Origin: an uncultured Gammaproteobacteria bacterium
GTDB lineage: Bacteria > Patescibacteriota > Patescibacteriia > UBA9934
DNA length: 64,000 bases
Assembly (NCBI GenBank): GCA_964613815.1
Contig: CAZTKG010000005.1
Location: 22,026-86,025, forward strand
Direction: 5' to 3'
Below, piece by piece: positions 1-6,661 of this stretch (positions within the stretch are counted from its first letter, which is position 1; each line of letters opens with the position of its first letter). The notes under the pieces were generated by a model. That model was given only the letters and a program-made list of their open reading frames with translations, was not told the origin of the DNA and made no database searches. Made by a program: the position numbers and the translations under genes.

Positions 1-174
1 GATTCGCCGTCGAAGCTTTTGCGTGGGTCTGATTTGATTCCGCTTGGGCTTGAGCCGGGGCCGGTGTTTCGGGAGATTTTGGATGAGGTGAGAGATGCTC
101 AGTTGCTTGGCACAGTTTGTGATAAGGATGGGGCGATTGAGTTTGTGCGGGAGCGGGTTCGGGGGATGTAGATC
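1..174 (+). CDS. Partial CDS (C-terminal fragment, start outside window): CCA-adding enzyme / poly(A) polymerase family C-terminal domain
   Basis: Frame 1 from base 1 reads ...IPLGLEPGPVFREILDEVRDAQLLGTVCDKDGAIEFVRERVRGM* with TAG at 172-174. The motif resembles the C-terminal region of tRNA nucleotidyltransferases. A rho-independent terminator follows. Confidence 0.4.
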
Positions 175-198
175 ACTCTTTGAATAAGGAAAGAAAAA

Positions 199-224
199 AG
201 CCGGGGCCTCTTGGTCCCGGTTTT
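199..224 (+). terminator. Intrinsic terminator hairpin (GCCGGGGCC-TCTT-GGTCCCGG followed by TTTT)
   Basis: GC-rich stem-loop followed by a T-run immediately after the upstream stop codon. Confidence 0.55.
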
Positions 225-232
225 GATGTCTG

Positions 233-568
233 CTAGAGATGTCTTGCGATGATCTCTTTGCGGATGATTTGCTTGAGAAGTTGCTCGGAGAATGCGTGTG
301 TCTCGACCTCCCCTCTCCTTGTCACCTTGATTGTTCGGGCGCGACTTGAAGCATCTGCCTCGATGCATGTGCTACCGCCGTTTCCTGACTCGGTGAATGT
401 GACGTGTATGGATCCGCCTTCTGACTTTGGAGTGGACTCCAGGGTGACCTGAACCCCTACCCTTTCGAGGTCGAATCTGTCGGAGTGCGGGACGAGCTCT
501 TCAAGATATCCGGCGAGTCGTGCCCTGCGCCATCGAACATCTCTCCCGCGGATCTCAATGAGATTCAT
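233..568 (-). CDS. Hypothetical protein (111 aa)
   Basis: ORF overlaps the stop of the upstream membrane-protein gene by 14 bp in operon-like fashion. The alternative overlapping frames look like nonsense. No family recognised. Confidence 0.35.
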   Translation of the reverse strand: MNLIEIRGRDVRWRRARLAGYLEELVPHSDRFDLERVGVQVTLESTPKSEGGSIHVTFTESGNGGSTCIEADASSRARTIKVTRRGEVETHAFSEQLLKQIIRKEIIARHL

Positions 569-1232
569 TCACTTCCCCCTTGTAGTAGATCTGGTATGCG
601 ATGACTCCTAGCGTGTAGGCCACGGTGTAGCCGACCGCCCAGGAGACGATGTAGTAGTCGCTGATCGTAAGGCCGTAGAATGTCCAGGTGATTGCGCTTC
701 CGAGAGAGGTTGCGATGACATCCCTCTCCACGCCCATCGTGCCCTTATTCCACCACATCTTGGCTGGCTGGAAGAACGCTGCGATGACGCTTACCCAAAG
801 TAATGCTGTCGCTGTCTCCTTGGGCGCATATACGTACAGTGGTGAGATCGGGATAATTGCGATCAGCATGAGGTACTGCCACCAAGTGAACCTTCCGAGT
901 CGCTTATGGATGAGTGGCATGAGTCGGAGATAGTATGGTACTCGACAGAAGAACTGGATCAGGAGGGCGAAGCTTCGGATTTCGACCGCGTAGGTGAGGA
1001 GGGATCCGAACATGGCGAGTGAGGTGATAGTCCATTCGACTGATACGTCTTTGGCGCCCTCGCGCTTGACTCGCTTGATCTGCTTGCTGAGCGCCCTTGC
1101 ACCGATGATGGCGAAGATGATGGTTCCGATTGCGCTGATGAGGACGGGGTTTTGCAAGGTCTCTTGGAGGCCTTGCTCACCCCGAATAAGTGCTCGAAGG
1201 ATCTCGAGCTCTTTGTAGAATAGGTGCGGCAC
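555..1232 (-). CDS. Integral membrane protein, Trp/Tyr-rich with multiple TM helices (possibly PnuC-like transporter)
   Basis: 225-aa ORF with several hydrophobic segments and WW/Y-rich motifs. The PnuC assignment is a guess from size and composition only. Confidence 0.45.
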   Translation of the reverse strand: MPHLFYKELEILRALIRGEQGLQETLQNPVLISAIGTIIFAIIGARALSKQIKRVKREGAKDVSVEWTITSLAMFGSLLTYAVEIRSFALLIQFFCRVPYYLRLMPLIHKRLGRFTWWQYLMLIAIIPISPLYVYAPKETATALLWVSVIAAFFQPAKMWWNKGTMGVERDVIATSLGSAITWTFYGLTISDYYIVSWAVGYTVAYTLGVIAYQIYYKGEVNESH

Positions 1233-1355
1233 GTGGCCTCCGATTAAAATGAGCGGATGGGTAGGTTATCAGCATGATCTATGCTTGTCAATCGTTATTC
1301 TTGCACTTGAAAACCTGCCTTGCGGCAGGTTTTCTTGATCCCGAATTATGGAGAC

Positions 1356-1431
1356 TGGTGGAGTCAGCGGGAATCGAACCCGCGACTGCTAGTGTCAAGT
1401 TAGCTGAGGTTACCACTACCTCCATGACCCC
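1356..1431 (-). tRNA. tRNA gene, 76 nt with encoded CCA. Manual fold gives a class-I tRNA with UGA anticodon (Ser-like loop CUUGACA) and a G3-U70 acceptor pair. Identity uncertain.
   Basis: Sense strand GGGGTCATGGAGGTAGTGGTAACCTCAGCTAACTTGACACTAGCAGTCGCGGGTTCGATTCCCGCTGACTCCACCA. Perfect T-arm (GCGGG-TTCGATT-CCCGC), D-arm GAGG/CCTC, acceptor GGGGTCA/TGACTCC with G3-U70. The anticodon stem has one A-C mismatch. Confidence 0.6.
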
Positions 1432-1557
1432 ATTTTTCGGGTCAAAACAAAAAACGCCCTCCATCGTAATGATAAAGGGGTTTATGTGACACTAGCTTGA
1501 GCTCTGAAGCCTCAACTAACACTTGTATGTTAGCATTGATTTTTGCTCATGTCAATT

Positions 1558-2097
1558 TTATTTCTTCACTTCCTTGAGTCGCTTTTTGTACTTTCCGCGG
1601 AGGTAGTTCAACTTTGCTCGGCGGACTCGGTATTGTTTTACGACTTCTACTTTTGAAAGGTTTGGAGATGCTAGGGGGAAGATCTTTTCTACCATCCAGC
1701 CTTTTGAGTCTTTTCGGACGGTCATTGTTCGGCCGATTTTCTTTCCCTTGATTCCGATGATCATTCCTTCGAAGACCTGTACTCGCTCTCGGGGCTGACC
1801 CTTTGGTGAGACGTCTTTGATTCTTTCGTGGACTCGGATGACCATTCCTGGCTTGAGGTCTCGGTTTGGGAGCTCTTCTACGACCTCTTCCTTTACCTCT
1901 TCGGCAGGCTCTTCTGCTGCAGGCTCATCTGGTTTTGGTGTCTCCTGCTGGTCTGATTCGGCCTGCTCTTTTGATGGCTCTGCTGATTTTTCCTCTGGGG
2001 CTGGAGTTGTCTCTTTTGGCTCATCGGCTGGTGCTGATGGCGCTGGAGCGTCAGCTGGCTTTTCTTCCGCCTTGATTTCCTTGTTGTCGTTTTCCAT
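1558..2097 (-). CDS. rplS: 50S ribosomal protein L19 with a ~70-aa acidic Pro/Glu/Ala-rich N-terminal extension
   Basis: C-terminal 110 aa match the L19 fold signature (VFEGMIIGIKGKKIGRTMTVRKDSKGWMVEKIFPLASPNLSKVEVVKQYRVRRAKLNYLRG). The N-terminus is low-complexity (EEKPADAPAPSAPADEPKE...). Confidence 0.85.
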   Translation of the reverse strand: MENDNKEIKAEEKPADAPAPSAPADEPKETTPAPEEKSAEPSKEQAESDQQETPKPDEPAAEEPAEEVKEEVVEELPNRDLKPGMVIRVHERIKDVSPKGQPRERVQVFEGMIIGIKGKKIGRTMTVRKDSKGWMVEKIFPLASPNLSKVEVVKQYRVRRAKLNYLRGKYKKRLKEVKK

Positions 2098-2179
2098 ATT
2101 GTCGGATTCACACGCCAGAGGAAGAGCTTGCCTTCATTCGCGAATTAGTAAGTATGGCAGGATAATAGCGGGATCATGC

Positions 2180-2785
2180 CTATTTGTCAAGCGTTTTGAT
2201 GAACTCAGCTATCTTGATGACGCCCTGCTCGTAGACCTGGTTTTGGTCGATGTCATCTGCATTGATGATGACGTTGAAATTTTGATGGTCGTAGGCGTCG
2301 ATGTTGAAGTAATTTTTGTAGCGTTTGATCTCTGACTGCTTTCGTTGTTCGTTTGCATCGATCACCTCCTGCAGGGATGAGAACGTGTCCCTGAGGTGGT
2401 TACCGTCTTCGTTCCAGATCCGCTCTGCGCCCGCTTCTGGTGAAACGGATAGGAAGACGGTGACTTTTGGGTCTACGACGAAGTGCCACGATGTTCGGCC
2501 TTCGAATACTCCTCTTGTGCGTGTTTTTGACGTCTCTTTTTGGTACTCGTCCACTTCCCTGTCGACGGACTCGTCGGTTTCTAGGAGCTTTTGGAATTCC
2601 AATGTTGTCATTCCGCGTTCTGCAGCTTTTTTTCTGAAGATCTCTCCTGCGTAGAGTCTTGGGATGTCTAGATCTGATGCGAGGCGCTTTGCAAAGGTGG
2701 ACTTCCCTGCTCCGATATCTCCGCTGATGGTGATGCGGAGCGGGTCGGCAGCTTTTAGGATATTGATGGCTTCTTCGGGGGTCAT
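2180..2785 (-). CDS. Cytidylate kinase-like P-loop nucleotide kinase (archaeal-type Cytidylate_kin2 family)
   Basis: P-loop ITISGDIGAGKSTFAKRLA plus the downstream AGEIFRKKA motif typical of family-2 CMP kinases. Confidence 0.65.
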   Translation of the reverse strand: MTPEEAINILKAADPLRITISGDIGAGKSTFAKRLASDLDIPRLYAGEIFRKKAAERGMTTLEFQKLLETDESVDREVDEYQKETSKTRTRGVFEGRTSWHFVVDPKVTVFLSVSPEAGAERIWNEDGNHLRDTFSSLQEVIDANEQRKQSEIKRYKNYFNIDAYDHQNFNVIINADDIDQNQVYEQGVIKIAEFIKTLDK

Positions 2786-2786
2786 A

Positions 2787-3692
2787 TTATGCTGGTAGCG
2801 AATCTAGGATGTCTGATAACTCTGACGGTAGAGGAGCGGTGAATGTTTGGGATGTGCCGTCTGGGAGTGGGAGGGTTAATTCTGCGGCGTGGAGGAAGAG
2901 GCGGTTTAGTGGGAGAGGTTTTTGGCTTGTGTTTTTGTAGAGCATGTCGCCGACGACTTGGTGACCTAGGGCGAACATGTGGACGCGGATTTGGTTTGTG
3001 CGGCCGGTTTTGATGTCGACGTCTAGGAGCGTGTGGTGGTGGAAGCGTTTTTTTACGGTGAAGTTTGTGACTGCTTCTTTGCCGCCTTGCTCTAAGGTTT
3101 TTGCGGCCATGCGGCCGGTTATTTTTGATCTCGCGATTGGAAAGTTCACTTCGTCTTCGTCCCTTTCGATAACGCCATAGACAAGCACTTCGTATTTTTT
3201 GATGACTTCACGGTTTTTGAAGGCGTTTTTTAGATGCACGAACATCTCTTGTGTCTTTGCTACCGCTAGGACGCCGGATGCCTGCTTGTCTAGGCGGTGA
3301 ACTAGACCTGGACGGATTGGATTTTCACCTACTTCTGATATTGCTGGGAGGTATTTTACGAGGGCTTCAGTGAGGGTTGGCTCGTGGGAGGAGTCTGTTG
3401 GGTGGATGAGGAGGCCGGCTTGTTTGTTTAGGATGAGGAGATCTTCTGTTTCGTGGAGAATATTTAGCTCAGGGGTATCCCAGTCAGCCTGTTTAGGGGC
3501 GAAGAAGTCGGGGCTGTATGTGATATCTGCTTCTGCGGTAATTTTGAGTTTTGTTTGTGCTGGAGCGGCGTTCATGAGGACTGCGCCGGATTCGACTGCT
3601 TTTGCCGCTGCTCCCCTGCTAATGCCAAGGCTGACTGCGACGGCCTTGTCGAGTCTGGTTGGTTCGGTGATGTTGAGATCTAGTTTTTTCAT
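2787..3692 (-). CDS. RluA/RluD-family 23S rRNA pseudouridine synthase with N-terminal S4-like domain
   Basis: Catalytic motif HRLDKQASGVLAVAKT. The listed ORF extends to 3770, but the likely start is MKKLDLNI at 3692. The 26 upstream codons lie inside a palindromic repeat element. Confidence 0.8.
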   Translation of the reverse strand: MKKLDLNITEPTRLDKAVAVSLGISRGAAAKAVESGAVLMNAAPAQTKLKITAEADITYSPDFFAPKQADWDTPELNILHETEDLLILNKQAGLLIHPTDSSHEPTLTEALVKYLPAISEVGENPIRPGLVHRLDKQASGVLAVAKTQEMFVHLKNAFKNREVIKKYEVLVYGVIERDEDEVNFPIARSKITGRMAAKTLEQGGKEAVTNFTVKKRFHHHTLLDVDIKTGRTNQIRVHMFALGHQVVGDMLYKNTSQKPLPLNRLFLHAAELTLPLPDGTSQTFTAPLPSELSDILDSLPA

Positions 3693-3727
3693 GTGGTGAG
3701 TATGCCGCGAATACCTTTGTTGATCAA

Positions 3728-3782
3728 GGGATCTCTTCCCATCTCGAGCGAAGTCGAGAGATCTCTCCACTCCCTTCGGTCG
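3728..3782. repeat. Palindromic intergenic element, copy A (degenerate) of a dispersed family
   Basis: CCCATCTCGAG...GAGAGATCTCTCCAC...GGTCGAGATGG shares arms and the central GGAGAGATCTCTCC palindrome with copies at 15427, 39415, 41825 and 62033. Confidence 0.5.
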
Positions 3783-3883
3783 GTCGAGATGGAAATGCGT
3801 TAGGGTTGAGTTTTTCCGATCTTACGCTTACGATGTAAGGGTTGAACGATCCCTTCTTATGTGATTGAATGGGTATTCAAGGC

Positions 3884-3959
3884 GGGCGCGTAGCTCAGCG
3901 GTTAGAGCGCGGAGCTTATATCTCCGTGGTCGATGGTTCGAATCCATCCGCGCCCACCA
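3884..3959 (+). tRNA. tRNA-Ile with apparent UAU anticodon (tRNA-Ile2 type)
   Basis: GGGCGCGTAGCTCAGCGGTTAGAGCGCGGAGCTTATATCTCCGTGGTCGATGGTTCGAATCCATCCGCGCCCACCA. The cloverleaf is canonical: AC stem CGGAG/CTCCG, loop CUUAUAU giving anticodon UAU. The body resembles tRNA-Ile(GAU). Confidence 0.75.
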
Positions 3960-3960
3960 T

Positions 3961-4100
3961 CGTGCTCCTGAATGTGCGTATAGCACTTCTGAATCCGCCC
4001 GAGCCTTGCGGTGCTCGACAACGTACTATTAGTACGCCTTACTCCGCTCCTCGTCTCGGACGAATTCAGAAGCACTATCCACACATTCAGAAGCACGACT
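3961..4100. repeat. MITE-like element: ~38-bp imperfect terminal inverted repeats flanking a ~60-bp core with a 13-bp palindrome GTACTATTAGTAC
   Basis: 3961-3997 (cgtgctcctgaatgtgcgtatagcacttctgaatccg) is the reverse complement, at about 85% identity, of 4060-4100. The two mirrored spurious ORFs (3869.. plus strand, 3902.. minus strand) give near-identical peptides. Confidence 0.55.
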
Positions 4101-4176
4101 GTATTTAATGGCTTACTTTTTCGCTTCATTCCCCATCCTGAGGAAGAGAGATCCTGCTCTCTGACGGAAGGATCTC

Positions 4177-4359
4177 TTGTTCGAGTTTATGATTTACGCA
4201 GTTGTCTTGCTTATGGTATGTGCTGGGTATTTCGGTTATGAACTTGTTCGTAAGCGGACTTTTCATGCTGCTTGGACGTTTATGGCTTGGTTTTCTTGTT
4301 TGCTTGGGAGTTCATTTGTGACATTTGTTGTTTGGGAGACGGTTCGAGGGGTCGTCTAG
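4177..4359 (+). CDS. Small hydrophobic protein (60 aa)
   Basis: Two predicted TM segments; immediately upstream of a second membrane protein gene. Confidence 0.3.
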   Translation: MFEFMIYAVVLLMVCAGYFGYELVRKRTFHAAWTFMAWFSCLLGSSFVTFVVWETVRGVV

Positions 4360-4362
4360 TTT

Positions 4363-4806
4363 ATGCCGGAATTACTTGGGTATACAATCATGATTGCAGT
4401 GCTCTGGTTTTTGATATTTTGGATCCTTGGTGGGGTCTTTTTTGCTATTGTGACGCTGGCTCGAGTGACGAAACTTCGGAAGGCTCGGTTTAGTTGTTTG
4501 TTTACTCTTTTGTCGATGTCGTTTGCGTATGGCGCGGCTTATAGCGGGATGTATTTTGGCGCGAAACGGATTCGGTTTTGTTTGCATGAGGCTTCGGCGT
4601 TTGTGGATGTACTGGCGGCGATTTTTGGGTGCGGTATTTTGGAGATGATTGCGAGTGGCGGACTTTGGTTTATTGGGCTTTTGGCGTGTGGGTTTGTGGT
4701 TTTGATTGTTTCGCGGGCGGAGAATCAGAGTTGGGTGGACAATGATATTCAGGAGCAGGAGCCGGTTTTCGTGGAGGACATGGAGCGGAGGGATGTGGTG
4801 ATTTAG
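4363..4806 (+). CDS. Hypothetical membrane protein (147 aa, 4 TM segments, acidic C-terminal tail)
   Basis: The hydrophobic profile is the only evidence; no recognisable family. Confidence 0.45.
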   Translation: MPELLGYTIMIAVLWFLIFWILGGVFFAIVTLARVTKLRKARFSCLFTLLSMSFAYGAAYSGMYFGAKRIRFCLHEASAFVDVLAAIFGCGILEMIASGGLWFIGLLACGFVVLIVSRAENQSWVDNDIQEQEPVFVEDMERRDVVI

Positions 4807-4825
4807 TTCGAGTCCTCTGCTATTA

Positions 4826-4879
4826 CCCAACCAAAAACACCCAGCCGGAGCTGGGTGTTTTTGGTGGGCGTGAGAGGAC
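4826..4879. repeat. Direct repeat 1 of 2: terminator hairpin plus 18-nt copy of the tRNA-Val 3' end (att-like partial tRNA duplicate)
   Basis: cccaaccaaaaacacccagccggagctgggtgtttttggtgggcgtgagaggac is repeated at 5015-5068, where it forms the real 3' end of tRNA-Val. Confidence 0.55.
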
Positions 4880-5014
4880 GCAAACGTCGCTTCGCTCCCC
4901 AGAGGGGCTTCTGCCCCTATGGCGCCCCTTGTTTGATTTTAGCTGAGGGCTGTCACCCCCGGCATGCAGGGGGATGCTCCCCCTACCACCCCCTGGTTCG
5001 AGATCCTCGTGTAC

Positions 5015-5068
5015 GCCCACCAAAAACACCCAGCCGGAGCTGGGTGTTTTTGGTGGGCGTGAGAGGAC
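5015..5068. repeat. Direct repeat 2 of 2 (overlaps tRNA-Val 3' end and its bidirectional terminator)
   Basis: Same 54-bp module as 4826-4879. GCCCACCAAAAACACCCAGC/GCTGGGTGTTTTTGGTGGGC forms a 20-bp-stem hairpin. Confidence 0.55.
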
Positions 5069-5127
5069 TCGAACCTCTGACTTCCACAATGTCAATGTGA
5101 CGCTCTAACCAACTGAGCTACACGCCC
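5051..5127 (-). tRNA. tRNA-Val (anticodon GAC)
   Basis: Sense GGGCGTGTAGCTCAGTTGGTTAGAGCGTCACATTGACATTGTGGAAGTCAGAGGTTCGAGTCCTCTCACGCCCACCA. AC stem UCACA/UGUGG, loop UUGACAU. Confidence 0.8.
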
Positions 5128-5257
5128 TTGTGTGGGAAGATACATGGGTTTTTTGGGGAATGCAAGAGGCTTAGTAAAAAATAGCCCTTCCATACCTCAT
5201 TGACCTGATCGTAAGACTGTGCCACGGTTAGTCTGTTCTTTTTTGGAGATTTTGATG

Positions 5258-6016
5258 GATATGATTCTTGCTCGTGAGCGGTCACTTGGCTTGCGTTTGG
5301 CGCCCGTGCCCGGTGATCATCCGCGTGCGTGGACTGTACGGGTTGATGGTGAAAAGGTTCAGGCTGAGACTGTTGAGCTTGAGTATTATGACCCTGTGAG
5401 CGGTGCGTACCGCCGCATGCGATACGGACTTGTTCTGTCCGAGGGAAACGTCTACCCGAGTATTGCCTATCGGGAATCGGGTGGGGGTGGCACGGTCAAC
5501 GTTTTGTGGTTCATGCACGAAGATGAACTCTATATTGGCGTCGTCGTTCAGCAGAGGGCGCATATGGGTGATGAGGCTGCGTTGTGTGCGCCTGGTGGGT
5601 ACTTGGACACGGCGAAGTGTGCTTTTGATAGCGCTATCGCTGAGCTGGATGAGGAGGTTCGGGTTGATGCGAGCGTGTTTTGTTCGCCGGTTCAGCTGCC
5701 GGGTAAGCCGGTTTGCCTAGCGCGTTCGCTGACAGACTGCTCTGAGCCTGGAGACGGAGTCCTGTTCTTTGCCTCTCAGGTCAGGCGGACTTCCCTGCTT
5801 GAGCCTGGGAGCGATGGATGGTTTCGGTTTCGTGCTGATGTCCTGCGCGCCGAGCCTGATCCATCTGTGAATACCGAGCGTGTGCTCGAGGTCTTGTTCA
5901 TGCCGGTTGATGAGGTCGTGCTTCGGACGCAAGATGCTTGTGCTCTTGCGGCGATTGCCCGGCTTCGGACGTACCTACGACCTGTTCGCTATCCTCGCTG
6001 GATGTCGCCTCGTTGA
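5258..6016 (+). CDS. Hypothetical protein with degenerate Nudix-like box (GGYLDTAKCAFDSAIAELDEEV), encoded in a higher-GC island
   Basis: The ORF runs 5219-6016, and ATG 5258 (MDMIL) is the likelier start. The Nudix signature is partial, with the catalytic Arg replaced by Ala. GC is clearly above flanking genes. Confidence 0.4.
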   Translation, partial: DMILARERSLGLRLAPVPGDHPRAWTVRVDGEKVQAETVELEYYDPVSGAYRRMRYGLVLSEGNVYPSIAYRESGGGGTVNVLWFMHEDELYIGVVVQQRAHMGDEAALCAPGGYLDTAKCAFDSAIAELDEEVRVDASVFCSPVQLPGKPVCLARSLTDCSEPGDGVLFFASQVRRTSLLEPGSDGWFRFRADVLRAEPDPSVNTERVLEVLFMPVDEVVLRTQDACALAAIARLRTYLRPVRYPRWMSPR

Positions 6017-6133
6017 TATCAAACACCCCAGCATCTGCTGGGCGCTTTTTTCTGCTTATTTTTGGGGGATTTTCTTCTTTGCAGCCTTGTATTCTTCCAT
6101 TGATCTTTTCTTTATATTTTACTCTATTTTACT

Positions 6134-6162
6134 TGACAAATGCTTTTTTTGTGGTATATTTA
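6134..6162 (+). promoter_or_regulatory. Sigma70-like promoter, TTGACA-16bp-TGGTATATT (extended -10), upstream of the 6197 gene
   Basis: Consensus -35 and extended -10 in an AT-rich spacer region. Confidence 0.4.
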
Positions 6163-6196
6163 TTTCTCGCATTTATCATCTTTACTTGGAGAAAAC

Positions 6197-6613
6197 ATGC
6201 GTTTCCTGATCCTTTTCACCCTCTCACTCGCCTGTGCTGAGACGCCCGACAATGGCAGCGTCTTCACTGATGCCGAGTTGAGTGGCGCACAGCCATCTCG
6301 TACACATGGACACGATGACTCAAGCAGTTGGGCGTTACTGTCTACGGAGCAACTGCACGACCCGCTTCGGTGGACTGACCCGATCGTCGCTACTCGCTCA
6401 ACCGTATACATGCATGAGTCCGTTCTTGGGTCCAAGTGCCTGACCCACCCCCTGTTCGAGCACTGTCCAGCTTCTACTGCTTTACCTATTCAGGATTCGC
6501 TCTTGACTCTTGAGCTGATCCTCTTCGGTGAGAAGCTCAAAGCAGACATCGCCGAAAGACTGGCTGAACTCCCTCCTGAAGAGCGGGAGCAGTGGCTCAA
6601 GCATCTGGAGTGA
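6197..6613 (+). CDS. Small secreted hypothetical protein (signal peptide MRFLILFTLSLACAE)
   Basis: RBS ggagaaaac precedes ATG 6197, followed by a signal-peptide-like N-terminus. The listed ORF starts at 6140. Confidence 0.45.
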   Translation: MRFLILFTLSLACAETPDNGSVFTDAELSGAQPSRTHGHDDSSSWALLSTEQLHDPLRWTDPIVATRSTVYMHESVLGSKCLTHPLFEHCPASTALPIQDSLLTLELILFGEKLKADIAERLAELPPEEREQWLKHLE

Positions 6614-6661
6614 GCACCTGAAGAACTATGAAGCCCCGGCAATAATGCTGGGGCGTTTTTT

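Noticed and set aside
3869-4129. Mirrored ORFs 3869-4108 (plus strand) and 3902-4129 (minus strand) giving near-identical peptides (RLGRIQKHYPHIQKHD vs RLGRIQKCYTHIQEHD)
   Set aside because: They are an artefact of the inverted-repeat element 3961-4100 and overlap tRNA-Ile; not coding.
4823-5100. Mirrored ORFs 4823-5095 (minus strand) and 4855-5100 (plus strand) with PPKTPSSGWVFLVGV in both
   Set aside because: They are produced by the duplicated hairpin/tRNA-Val 3' module and overlap the tRNA-Val gene.
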